Assembly (NCBI GenBank): GCA_963704705.1
Contig: OY969931.1
Coordinates: 120,001-152,000 of the forward strand
Direction of reading: 5' to 3'
DNA: 32,000 nucleotides
DNA from: an uncultured bacterium
Lineage (GTDB): Bacteria > Patescibacteriota > Gracilibacteria > UBA1369 > PNNO01
Shown here: positions 18,056 through 27,327 of the stretch, piece by piece
How positions within the stretch are numbered: position 1 is the first letter of the stretch
Layout: each line of letters begins with the position of its first letter
The notes under the pieces: generated by a model
The model's database searches: none
The model's input: the letters and a program-made list of their open reading frames with translations, nothing else
Told to the model about the DNA's origin: nothing
Translations under genes and position numbers: made by a program

Positions 18056-18556
18056 ATGCCGGACGAAACAAACTTACCGGGACTACCAAGCACAGTTGAC
18101 CTTGGCGCACCAACAGCAACAATTGAGGGCGATCCTTTGGCGTTTATGCAAAAGACAGCCCGCGATGCTATTGAATCAATTAGTAAAAATGCAATCGTTG
18201 ATGAACCGAATAAACTTAATTTTAAAAAGAAAGTACTTGAAGATTTGAAAGTGGGCATTGATGCAATGACAGAAATAGATAAAAAATTTGAAGCTAAAAA
18301 AGCCGAGGAAGAAACAAAAAAACCCGAAAGTGATGCAGTCGAAGAAGATCCTTTCTCTGATATTTTTGGAGAAGAAGGCGCAGCACCTGATGAATCAGTG
18401 CATGAAAAAACAAAGATAGCACAGGATTTTGTTTCAGCATTAAAAATGTACAAAGAACAATTTCTTAAAAAAATAAGAGTAAAAAAAGAATCAATGCAAA
18501 AGCAAAAAGATGAACAAGAACTACAAAATTTATTAGGTAAACTCGACACTATTTAA
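18056..18556 (+). CDS. Hypothetical acidic/coiled-coil protein
   Basis: ORF MPDETNLPGLPSTVDLGAPTATIEGDP...; first member of a codirectional block. Confidence 0.65.
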   Translation: MPDETNLPGLPSTVDLGAPTATIEGDPLAFMQKTARDAIESISKNAIVDEPNKLNFKKKVLEDLKVGIDAMTEIDKKFEAKKAEEETKKPESDAVEEDPFSDIFGEEGAAPDESVHEKTKIAQDFVSALKMYKEQFLKKIRVKKESMQKQKDEQELQNLLGKLDTI

Positions 18557-18582
18557 TTTTCATATAATTAACAAAAATAAAA

Positions 18583-19509
18583 ATGAAAAAACCAAATTTT
18601 AATCCAATGTTCTACAGTTTAAATCTTTATAAGATTTTTAAGCCTGGAGAAAAGCCGAATGAACCAACTTCAGTAAAAGCTGAAAGCATTGAAAAGAAAG
18701 AAATAACTAATGAAGACAGAACAAAAGTGCTTGATTACATTTCTACTCGAGCTTCAATAATTCAAGGTAAATCAGCTGAAGCACATGGAATATTTGAAAA
18801 AAATGCGAGTACGTTTCAATTTACTAAGGGTTTTGTAAAAGTAAAGAAAGAATTAGAGACCCTTAAAAGTGCTGCGGCTAGAAAAATATACTCAATGCGT
18901 GAAATAAAAGAACTTGAAGCTTATCAAATCGTACTTTTAAAGAATCTCGATAAAATTGAAAGAGACATCGATACTTTAAAAAATAAAATCGAATTACATA
19001 CTAAACTTAAAGAAAAAGCACAGGAAGAAATCAAAAGACATTTGGATAATTGGGAAAATGATGTTCCTCCGGGTATTAAAAAAGCTGCTTCACGAAGAGA
19101 AGTATTAATAGTTGTAACAGGTTATATCGGCAGATGGTATAAAGTTAATTCTGCTGCGATTGATAGAATTACTGATATGGCTGATAGCGGTATTATTCTT
19201 AATGGTTTTAATCAAAATCCACCTAAAGGGGAACTGTTTGAAGATTTAAAAACTCTTAATAAAGAAATTGAAAATGAAGTATATGCCAGATGGATTACCG
19301 GGCTTGAACATAAAGACGTATTAAGAACTGTTTTCAGTAAACTTGGGTGGGAAGATAAATTTATCAAAGAGATTAAGGATATAAAATTAAGAAAATTAGT
19401 TCAGGAATTTAATGAAAGCAGACAGATTGGATATAATCGTGGAGCCAGAAAAGATTATAAGGATATTGTAGATGCATTGGTTAATTATATCGGAAGAGCA
19501 CCAAGATAA
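18583..19509 (+). CDS. Hypothetical Lys/Glu-rich protein, probably 5' part of a larger gene
   Basis: 308-aa ORF ending ...DALVNYIGRAPR then TAA 19507-19509; the same frame stays open for 82 more codons. Confidence 0.6.
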   Translation: MKKPNFNPMFYSLNLYKIFKPGEKPNEPTSVKAESIEKKEITNEDRTKVLDYISTRASIIQGKSAEAHGIFEKNASTFQFTKGFVKVKKELETLKSAAARKIYSMREIKELEAYQIVLLKNLDKIERDIDTLKNKIELHTKLKEKAQEEIKRHLDNWENDVPPGIKKAASRREVLIVVTGYIGRWYKVNSAAIDRITDMADSGIILNGFNQNPPKGELFEDLKTLNKEIENEVYARWITGLEHKDVLRTVFSKLGWEDKFIKEIKDIKLRKLVQEFNESRQIGYNRGARKDYKDIVDALVNYIGRAPR

Positions 19510-19758
19510 ATTCTCAAGTTCCCGGAAGATTTACCTGATTTTCCTGATAAAAAGGATGCGATTAAAGCTGATTATATAACTTCAGGCATAAAAGTCGGTA
19601 AAATGGGTCCGTTTCCAAAGCCTGGAACTGAGACAAAAGAAAAAGATAAAGATAAAGAGAAAATAGCAGGAAAACCAAAAGCTACCGGATTAAAAGTAAG
19701 TACAAGTAATGGAAAAGTTCACTTGGAAATTGAAGGTGAAAATTTAACGAAATATTAA
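19510..19758 (+). pseudogene. In-frame continuation of the 18583 ORF after the TAA
   Basis: Translates ILKFPEDLPDFPDKKDAIKADYITSGIKVGKMGPFPKPGTETKEKDKDKEKIAGKPKATGLKVSTSNGKVHLEIEGENLTKY, then TAA 19756-19758. No suitable start is obvious. Confidence 0.5.
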
Positions 19759-20479
19759 TCCTGTTAAAGTAAATTTAGAACTTAGTACCGTTGATCTTGC
19801 TGCAAATTTGGCATCAGGCAAGGTTGATGTAAATACAGCTTTAGATTTGAAAGGTTTAAACGATAAAGTAACTCAGGGTATAAGAAATGCTACGCTACAC
19901 GGAATAAATTTAATTTCCATGGCTAACCCTGAATTAGCCAATAGTATTACTGATAAAATGCTAAATAATCAAAAAATAGAAGAATTACGAAAGGCTTTGT
20001 TTCCTAAAAAAACTGTAATTACTGTTGAAGGAACCGCAAGTATGGAAGGGGACCTTTCTGAAAATTTAAAAATTGCTGAAAATAGGGCTAAAGCTGGTGA
20101 AAAAGCGATTAAATCTAAAATGAAGCCTGGAGATTTCGATAAATATTTTACAGTTGTAAGAAAAACAAAAGTAGTTGGACCTGAAGGCCAAAATGCACAA
20201 GGTATTACCAATGCCGCAGAATTAAGAACAGCTCAAAGTAAAATGATCGATAAATTCAATAAGCAAGCCAAAAATGCAAAAGTTAAGAAAGAAATAAAAA
20301 CCTGGAAGGATATGCTTGCGATTCTTAAAAATCCACAAAATAAATTTGAAAAAGAGTTTGTTGAAAATAATTTTAATTACAACAGAAGGGTATCCTTGAC
20401 ATTCTTACCACCTAAAACAGGGGCACAGGAATTTTCTATTACTCCTGTTGATAAGTCGACATCGAGAACAGTATCATAA
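19748..20479 (+). CDS. OmpA-C-like domain protein, probably 3' part of the split gene (annotated ORF begins at TTG 19808)
   Basis: Frame opens at 19748 (RNINPVKVNLELSTVDLAANLASGKVDV...); VITVEGTASMEGDLSENLKIAENRAKAGEKAI ... NYNRRVSLTFLPP resembles the OmpA C-terminal fold from the beta1/Arg helix to the NRRV strand. Confidence 0.5.
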   Translation, partial: RNINPVKVNLELSTVDLAANLASGKVDVNTALDLKGLNDKVTQGIRNATLHGINLISMANPELANSITDKMLNNQKIEELRKALFPKKTVITVEGTASMEGDLSENLKIAENRAKAGEKAIKSKMKPGDFDKYFTVVRKTKVVGPEGQNAQGITNAAELRTAQSKMIDKFNKQAKNAKVKKEIKTWKDMLAILKNPQNKFEKEFVENNFNYNRRVSLTFLPPKTGAQEFSITPVDKSTSRTVS

Positions 20480-20500
20480 GGTTAATTAACAAAAATAAAT

Positions 20501-22783
20501 ATGAAAAACTACAATCAACATAATGAACCGTTATTCATTCCTTCCAAGCTTATTTATTTTAGCAGTACAGGCGGAGAAAAGCCAAAAACAACCGAAGAAG
20601 CTCAAGATTCACCTAAATTTAAAGAAGCTTTTAATAAAACAAAAGAAAAACTCAATAAAGATTTTAAGGCTATTAAAGATACAAAGGAGTTCAAAGAGCT
20701 TAATAAAGTTGATTCGGATTTAGCTGATCATTATCTTGAGGTTTTTAAAGAAAGAGCATTCGGTCCTGATAGCGAAATTGCCGGAAATCTTAATACAGCT
20801 AAGCTTAATGAGTCCAACAAGCCATTAAACAAATTAATGACTGATTTGAATTCTATAAATATTAAATTTGCTAATTATTCTGCCAAATTTTTGAAAAAAA
20901 TAGAGCAGGTATCAACTGATATTAAAAAACAAAGAAAAGAAGCTTTAGATACATTTTTCAAAAAAACTTTGCCAAAAGATTTTGTTAAAGAAAAGGTTGA
21001 GAGTTACGCAGAGGGAACTGAAATTTCACCTGAAGTACGTAAACAGGCACTTGATTTTGGAGAAAAATTGGCTTTGGAAGGTGCGGATAAATTATCAAAA
21101 ACTTTAATTTATAAAGATTTTGCATTTAAAAAAGATCCGAATAATCCAAAGAAATTAATTGTTGATAATATGTCTGATGAGGTTAAACCACATGTTGATA
21201 AGGTTGATAAAGGGATTAAAACATTTATTAATAATGAAATAAAAAGAGCTAATGCAATGCCTGAAGAAGAAAAAAATACCTTAATAACTTATGCAAAGGT
21301 TAATGAATCCTCAAATGAAAACAAAGAGACCAGATCCGCTAATGAGAAATTCATCAAAGATCATATTGAGAAAAAAATAAAAGCAGGTGAAAAAGTAGTA
21401 ATTACACTTACGGGTAATTCAAGCGCCGAGGGTGATCCTAAAATAAATAAAGCTTTGGCTAAAAAAAGAGCTGAAGCAAAAAAAACAGCAATGGTTCAGG
21501 CTTTAAATAAGGTTTTGGGTAATAAATGGAAAGGTAAGGTTGATTTTGTATTAAAAACGCAGCAGGTTGAGCCAAAACTTGCAAAGGCTGACCTTCCAAG
21601 CGATATTCAAAAGAAATACGAAACAGACCCGAAATATAAAAAATTAAAATCGACTTTAGGTTCAAAATTTCAAGATGCAATGAAATATATTGATTCACAA
21701 AAAAAACCCGCAGATAAATTAAATGCAATTGTTAAACTTTTAGCAGGTAATGTTAATGTTAGAGCTGTACTTAGTGAGTACAACAAGTACATGAACATCA
21801 AAACAAACAGTAAGCTTGCTGATGCCGAAAAATGGCTTCAAACAAAGTCAAGATATCTAAAAAACAACCCTGATTTATTAGTTTATTTACATAAATATAT
21901 CGGCCGGGCCAGAAGCGCGGAAGTTAGAGTGCAAACAGCAAAAGAGGCTAATGAAAGCAAGGAGCAGTCTAAGTTTATTAGCGAATGGAGTAAGGATATT
22001 TTGAAGTATGATCCTACACTTGTTAAAAGATTAACACCGGCAGACAGAAAAGATGTAGTTACTTATCAGGTGCTTTCACAATTTGGTGATAGTGCAATTA
22101 AAGTAACCTTTGATGCTAATCTTCAAACAGCTATAGTAACAAATTTAGATAATAAATTTATAAAAAAGTTTAATAAAAATCAGAAAAATGATTTTAAATC
22201 AATGATTTATGGCTTTAGTGATAATAAGCTTGCCAGAATTGCAGATAAGAATTTAGTAAAAGGCAATAAAGAAAAAATAGCTGAAGCAACCAAAAATCTA
22301 AAGGACAGATTTCAAAGAGTTTATAATGCAAATAGAGCTACATTGAATAAATATAAATTAACTTTCAAAGCTAGAGGGAATTCTCTTGATGCCTTTGTAG
22401 ATGAAAAACATTATGGAACAATACTGTTGTCTTATAGCGGGGATATTAAAACAGACGCCGATGTGTTAGCTAAATTAAAAGGTTGGCAAAAAGAAAAACA
22501 AGATAGTTTAAAGAAATTTGCTGCAGATATGCCAAAATATGAATCAAATTTGAAAAAATTAGGTTTCAATTTTACAAAGCGTAATTTGGGAGAAAATAAA
22601 GGCTATGAATATACCTTAAAAGATGGGGATGGAAAGGTAAAAGGCTATCTTACTTACAGTATAAATGGATGGTTAAATATCAAAGATGCCAATAAGAATG
22701 ACACTTTCGAAACTATATTTAATACTGATAATACTGACGATGTTACTAAAAAATTTAAAGAGGCCAAAATTAATATTGCTTAA
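20501..22783 (+). CDS. Large hypothetical protein with internal OmpA-C-like segment
   Basis: 760-aa ORF; KVVITLTGNSSAEGDPKINKALAKKRAEAKKTAMVQAL; later YLHKYIGRARS, sharing YIGRA with the 18583 ORF; no signal peptide or TM segment visible. Confidence 0.7.
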   Translation: MKNYNQHNEPLFIPSKLIYFSSTGGEKPKTTEEAQDSPKFKEAFNKTKEKLNKDFKAIKDTKEFKELNKVDSDLADHYLEVFKERAFGPDSEIAGNLNTAKLNESNKPLNKLMTDLNSINIKFANYSAKFLKKIEQVSTDIKKQRKEALDTFFKKTLPKDFVKEKVESYAEGTEISPEVRKQALDFGEKLALEGADKLSKTLIYKDFAFKKDPNNPKKLIVDNMSDEVKPHVDKVDKGIKTFINNEIKRANAMPEEEKNTLITYAKVNESSNENKETRSANEKFIKDHIEKKIKAGEKVVITLTGNSSAEGDPKINKALAKKRAEAKKTAMVQALNKVLGNKWKGKVDFVLKTQQVEPKLAKADLPSDIQKKYETDPKYKKLKSTLGSKFQDAMKYIDSQKKPADKLNAIVKLLAGNVNVRAVLSEYNKYMNIKTNSKLADAEKWLQTKSRYLKNNPDLLVYLHKYIGRARSAEVRVQTAKEANESKEQSKFISEWSKDILKYDPTLVKRLTPADRKDVVTYQVLSQFGDSAIKVTFDANLQTAIVTNLDNKFIKKFNKNQKNDFKSMIYGFSDNKLARIADKNLVKGNKEKIAEATKNLKDRFQRVYNANRATLNKYKLTFKARGNSLDAFVDEKHYGTILLSYSGDIKTDADVLAKLKGWQKEKQDSLKKFAADMPKYESNLKKLGFNFTKRNLGENKGYEYTLKDGDGKVKGYLTYSINGWLNIKDANKNDTFETIFNTDNTDDVTKKFKEAKINIA

Positions 22784-22794
22784 TTAATAATTTT

Positions 22795-22824
22795 AAAAGG
22801 CCCCACTCAAGTGCGGCCTTTTGT
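22795..22824. terminator. Terminator, likely bidirectional, between convergent genes
   Basis: AAAAGGCCCCACTCAAGTGCGGCCTTTTG; stem with one mismatch, A-run on the left and T-run on the right. Confidence 0.8.
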
Positions 22825-22863
22825 TTATCTTTATTAGTGCGCTCTCGCGCTCTCGCGCCTTCT

Positions 22864-24069
22864 CTATCCCATCTTCTTCCTTATAAACGCCGGAATATCC
22901 AATTCGTCTTCTGCGTTTTTCATAACTGTTTGAGGTTCGCCTGCGCTAGAGCCTGCTTCGCTTCCCATTCTTGAAGGTGAGGCATAATTGCTGTTGATGC
23001 CCGAGTGGCTTCTAAAATTAGCTATATCGCGTGGAGAAGCATCGAATCCTGTTGCAACAACAGTGATTTTAACTTCGCCTGTGTATGAGTCGTTAATTAC
23101 AGCACCGAAAATAATGTTTGCTTCAGCGTCACTAGCTTCAGTAATGATTCTTGCAGCTTCATCAACTTCGTACATTGATAAGTCGTTGCCACCGGTGATG
23201 TTGAATAATACGCCTTTGGCACCGTCAATTGATAGTTCAAGTAATGGGCTTTCAATTGCAGCTTTTGCTGCTTCGATTGCTCTGTTTTCGCCTGTGCCGT
23301 ATCCGATACCCATTAATGCGCTTCCTGCGTTTTCCATAACTGTTCTAACGTCCGCAAAGTCCACGTTAATCATACCGTGAACAGTAATAAGGTCTGCAAT
23401 GCCCTGTACACCTTGTCTTAACACGTCGTCTACAACCATAAATGCGTCGGTAATAGGTGTTTTTTTGTCGATTATAGATAAAATTCTGTCATTTGGAATA
23501 GTAATAAGCGTGTCCACTTTTCCTCTTAAGTTTTCAAGACCTTCATCAGCCTGAGTTTTTCTTCTGTGTCCTTCAAATGCGAATGGTTTGGTTACAACAC
23601 CTACTGTTAAAATGCCTTGTTCTTTAGCGATTTCAGCAATAACAGGCGCTGCACCTGTACCGGTTCCGCCTCCCATACCACATGTAATGAAAACCATATC
23701 AGCTCCGCCGATTGCTTCTCTAATTTCTTCTGCGCTTTCTTCTGCAGCCTGTCTTCCAATGTCAGGATTGCTTCCTGCACCAAGACCTTTAGTTGTTGCC
23801 TTGCCAATATTAATTTTGTGAGGAGCCTCTGAATGATACAAAGCCTGGGCATCTGTATTTACAGCAATAAACTCAATTCCCTGCAATTTGGCACGGATCA
23901 TTCTGTTAGTGGCGTTAGTACCGCCGCCTCCAACACCAATTACTTTAATTGATGCAACCGGAGTCATTTCCGGTACAACTTCCTGAGGTCTGATACTTGG
24001 AATAGAACTGTGATGATGAGAAGATGCCTTAGATGAGAATAAGTTTCTTAATTGTGATTTATCATCCAT
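22864..24069 (-). CDS. ftsZ: Cell division GTPase FtsZ
   Basis: [35 protein letters not shown] tubulin signature, C-terminal [13 protein letters not shown] peptide. Confidence 0.98.
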   Translation of the reverse strand: MDDKSQLRNLFSSKASSHHHSSIPSIRPQEVVPEMTPVASIKVIGVGGGGTNATNRMIRAKLQGIEFIAVNTDAQALYHSEAPHKINIGKATTKGLGAGSNPDIGRQAAEESAEEIREAIGGADMVFITCGMGGGTGTGAAPVIAEIAKEQGILTVGVVTKPFAFEGHRRKTQADEGLENLRGKVDTLITIPNDRILSIIDKKTPITDAFMVVDDVLRQGVQGIADLITVHGMINVDFADVRTVMENAGSALMGIGYGTGENRAIEAAKAAIESPLLELSIDGAKGVLFNITGGNDLSMYEVDEAARIITEASDAEANIIFGAVINDSYTGEVKITVVATGFDASPRDIANFRSHSGINSNYASPSRMGSEAGSSAGEPQTVMKNAEDELDIPAFIRKKMG

Positions 24070-24137
24070 TGATATGTGATTTAATTAATTAAGTGGGGAC
24101 TATTCTGCTTATTTTTTTACAGAAAGTCAATATTTAA

Positions 24138-25376
24138 TTATGGGAGCAAATTTCTAGCCCAGTCCTTGATGCCACCGAAGGCTTTTTTAAGCCCAAATCC
24201 TTTAAAGCGGAATCCGTAAGAACGGGTCTCGAGCCTTGACCCCCAGATTAGTAGACCGATTGCAGTTGCGTATGCCGGATCATCTATCTTATCAACAACA
24301 CCGTCAAAATTCTGCGGGAACCCGATTTGAACCGGCAGATTTAGTGTGTCGCGAGCAAGATCAATAGCTCCGGGCATTTTAACTCCTGCACCAGTTAATA
24401 TAACACCGCCCGGAAGCATTCCGTCGCGGTGGATTTTTGCAAGTTCGTCCTTGGCAAGCATAAAAATTTCATGATATCTGGCCTGAATAATCTCAGCCAT
24501 GTGACGTTTGCTTACTTTATGGGTATCTATTTTGCTAACTAAACTTAAATCAATGGTTTCGCGGTCATTTATATCTTCCGGAATCACACTTCCGTACTCA
24601 ATTTTAACTTTTTCAGCTGTGTCGATTGAAGTTCGAAGTCCAATTGCTATATCGTTTGTTACGCTTTCTCCTCCAACCGGTAAAACAGCTGTGTGAAGCG
24701 TAGTTCCTTCTTCGAAAACCGAAAGCGAAGAGCCTCCGCATCCGATATCCAAAACAACAACCCCCAATTCTTTCTGACGCTTAGTCAAAACAGCTTCAGG
24801 TGCTGCCAAACTTGTAGGAATTATATCATCAATATCAACACCTGCCTGCAATACACATTTTTCAATATTTTTAATAGATGGAACAAGCCCTGTAACAATG
24901 TGGGCTTCAACCTCAAGGCGGATACCGGTCATTCCAACCGGATATTTAATGCCTTTTTGTTCATCAACTGTAAATGATTTTGGAATAATTCTAAGAATTC
25001 TTCGATTACTCGGAATTGAAACCGCTTGTGCAGCTTCAAGAACTCTGTCTACATCATCTTCGCTGATTTCGTTACCAGAGTGTGAAACAGCGATTACACC
25101 TTTACTGTTCATTGATTCGATGTGACTTCCGCCAATGCCCAAAAACACGTGATTAATCGGCTCTCCGGCCATTCTTTCAGCGTCTTCTAGCGATGTGGAA
25201 ATACTGTTGATTGCCTCTTCAACATCAATTACCGAACCTTTTCTCAGTCCGGCAGACGGTGTAACCCCAACTCCGATTATGTTAGGAGTTTGAGATTTTT
25301 CTTCGAGAGTTCCTACTACTGTGCGTATTTTGGAACTACCGATGTCGAGACTGGCAATAATGCGTGATTTTGCCAT
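24138..25376 (-). CDS. ftsA: Cell division protein FtsA
   Basis: ASLDIGSSKIRTVVG, VVVLDIGCGGSSLSVF, GVILTGAGVKMPGAIDLA; C-terminal amphipathic LKKAFGGIKDWARNLLP. Confidence 0.95.
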   Translation of the reverse strand: MAKSRIIASLDIGSSKIRTVVGTLEEKSQTPNIIGVGVTPSAGLRKGSVIDVEEAINSISTSLEDAERMAGEPINHVFLGIGGSHIESMNSKGVIAVSHSGNEISEDDVDRVLEAAQAVSIPSNRRILRIIPKSFTVDEQKGIKYPVGMTGIRLEVEAHIVTGLVPSIKNIEKCVLQAGVDIDDIIPTSLAAPEAVLTKRQKELGVVVLDIGCGGSSLSVFEEGTTLHTAVLPVGGESVTNDIAIGLRTSIDTAEKVKIEYGSVIPEDINDRETIDLSLVSKIDTHKVSKRHMAEIIQARYHEIFMLAKDELAKIHRDGMLPGGVILTGAGVKMPGAIDLARDTLNLPVQIGFPQNFDGVVDKIDDPAYATAIGLLIWGSRLETRSYGFRFKGFGLKKAFGGIKDWARNLLP

Positions 25377-25496
25377 TGGTAAAAGAAAAATTAATATAAA
25401 AGGCCCTATAATCTATAGCCTGCGCGAAGAATATACAGAAAAAATAACTTAAAAGCAAGGCTTATTTATGCCAAATTGAACTAATTATGTATACAC

Positions 25497-26408
25497 TCAA
25501 AACAAACTTTCCTGCACGGGATTTTGGCTTACCACTGCGGAATCAGGCAACATTCTGCGTAGTCTGCCAACAAGGGATCGAAATTCCAATTTTTCAAAAA
25601 GTGGTAAAACCTTTACAAAATCTTCAAGATGGTACCTGGTTTTTTCCAAACTGAAATCTATAGGCACATCGCGAACCAAGGTTACTAATTTTTGACTAAA
25701 ATATGCTTCGTTTTTTTGATTTTCAAGTTTGTCATGTAAAGCGCCTTTGATTTTATCAAGATTTCCATAGATTCCATCCAGAGTTTTGTATTCCTGTAAA
25801 AGTTTAGTAGCGCCTTTTTCTCCTATACCCTGCACACCCGGAATATTATCGGATTGATCACCCATGATCGCTTTAAAATCAACAATTTGATCAGGAGTTA
25901 ATCCAAATCTATCAAAAACCGCTTTTGGAGTATAAATTTTTCCATCATTGCCGCCCTTTGCAGGACTGATCACAACAACATGCTCGTTAATCAGCTGAAA
26001 AGAGTCTTTATCTGAAGTAACAATATTAACCTGAATATCTTTGTTTGCTACTTTTTCGCATATTGTAGCGATAACATCATCTGCTTCAAAACCTTCAAGT
26101 TCATGAATCGGCACTTCAAGCAAATCAAGAATTTCGCGGATTCGTCCGAACTGCTCATATAATTCATCAGGCGCTTTTACCCTTTTGGCTTTGTACTCTT
26201 TGTATTCTTCATGCCGGAATGTTTTTTTGGATACATCAAAACTTACAGTCAGATAATCCGGCTTAATTCTATCCAAAATATTCAAAAGTGTTGAGCAAAA
26301 GCCATAAACCGCATTTACAAGCTCACCTTCTTTGGTTTTAAAAGGCGGCAAGGCATGGAATGCTCTGTGAATTATTGAATTTGCATCTACTAAAACTAGC
26401 TTTTTCAT
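25497..26408 (-). CDS. Standalone PolA-type 5'-3' exonuclease / flap endonuclease with C-terminal QESLF
   Basis: LVDANSIIHRAFHALP, ELEGFEADDVIATI, IVTSDKDSFQLI, GDQSDNIPGVQGIGEKGATKLLQEY; stops after the nuclease domain at ...NPVQESLF. Confidence 0.92.
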   Translation of the reverse strand: MKKLVLVDANSIIHRAFHALPPFKTKEGELVNAVYGFCSTLLNILDRIKPDYLTVSFDVSKKTFRHEEYKEYKAKRVKAPDELYEQFGRIREILDLLEVPIHELEGFEADDVIATICEKVANKDIQVNIVTSDKDSFQLINEHVVVISPAKGGNDGKIYTPKAVFDRFGLTPDQIVDFKAIMGDQSDNIPGVQGIGEKGATKLLQEYKTLDGIYGNLDKIKGALHDKLENQKNEAYFSQKLVTLVRDVPIDFSLEKTRYHLEDFVKVLPLFEKLEFRSLVGRLRRMLPDSAVVSQNPVQESLF

Positions 26409-26515
26409 GGCCTAAACATTAAATCATCTCTGCGCGGACTGTCAATTATATAAAATAGCAAAAACCCCTGTTTTTTGCTATAATATAGTGAAAATAAAAA
26501 TAAAAACCCCTCTAA

Positions 26516-26950
26516 ATGCAAACAACATCTTCAGAAACTTTCGAGTCTCAAACAGAATCAAAAGATTCAAAGACTCCTATAATTTTCCTTGCATCTTCAA
26601 TTAAAAACGAAGTACTTAAAACACTTCAGCAGGGATTAAGTCATCTAAATGCCGAGATCATAACTGAGCAGGATTTTGAAGCTGGTCTTAAAAAAGCTCA
26701 TATGGCTGTTATTTTAGATGAAAATTTCGACCAGATTCGTAAAGCCTGGGAACACGGAGTGGTTACAATCACTTCAAAATTCAATGACAAAATTGAAGAT
26801 TATAATCCAAATTCAGAAAGCGGAAATTCTTTTGTTTTTGAAAATGCGAACGAATGGGAAGTTTTTGCTGCGATTGTACGCGCACTTGAAACGTATAAAT
26901 TTCCATATGACTGGAAATTCATTGTGCGGACATGCAAAGCAAGCGTTTAA
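26516..26950 (+). CDS. Small protein resembling the C-terminal half-domain of a GT5 (glycogen/starch synthase-like) glycosyltransferase
   Basis: AHMAVILDENFDQIRKAWEHGVVTITSKFNDKIEDYNPNSESGNSFVFENANEWEVFAAIVRALETYKFPYDWKFIVRTCK aligns by eye with the GT5 ...GGLxDTVxDYxxxxxxGxGFxF...ALxRALxxYxxxxxW pattern. Confidence 0.5.
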   Translation: MQTTSSETFESQTESKDSKTPIIFLASSIKNEVLKTLQQGLSHLNAEIITEQDFEAGLKKAHMAVILDENFDQIRKAWEHGVVTITSKFNDKIEDYNPNSESGNSFVFENANEWEVFAAIVRALETYKFPYDWKFIVRTCKASV

Positions 26951-27309
26951 TTCAAAGTACTTGTTCCGCTATTCGAAAGATCACCTCCAATATCGGTGAC
27001 GGTTTGAACTATTTTTCCTAAATCAATATATTTTATTACATCCAATCCGAATATTCTTCCAATTACCTGAATAATCACAATTGCCAAAAGAGTTACGATC
27101 AAACCAATAATTGCATATCGAATTGTACTTACGGCTTGTTTGATTTTTTCTTCTTGTCCTCCCGATAAAATAAATGAAATACCTCCTATGAAAATAAAGA
27201 AAACTGAAAGGGCGCCGGCAACAATAATGGCATATGCTAGTCCGATGTTTATAATCGTTACAATGTCATAACTTTGTGCAGCCTCAATAATAGAGGTTGA
27301 TTCGTGCAT
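26947..27309 (-). CDS. TrbC/VirB2- or Mbov_0395-family pilin-like membrane protein
   Basis: Two hydrophobic helices flanking ISFILSGGQEEKIKQAVSTIRYAIIGLIVTLLAIVIIQ, the typical short pilin-like arrangement. Confidence 0.75.
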   Translation of the reverse strand: MHESTSIIEAAQSYDIVTIINIGLAYAIIVAGALSVFFIFIGGISFILSGGQEEKIKQAVSTIRYAIIGLIVTLLAIVIIQVIGRIFGLDVIKYIDLGKIVQTVTDIGGDLSNSGTSTLN

Positions 27310-27327
27310 GATTTGGTATTTTAATTA

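Noticed and set aside
17107-18549. 480-aa minus-strand ORF as a single protein
   Set aside because: The FemAB-like domain starts at MHYIEQ (17961); the upstream 190+ residues are antisense to the 18056 gene.
22839-22859. GCGCTCTCGCGCTCTCGCGCC short tandem repeat between terminator and ftsZ stop
   Set aside because: Only about 2.5 copies of an 8-bp unit in a short intergenic gap; too short to interpret.
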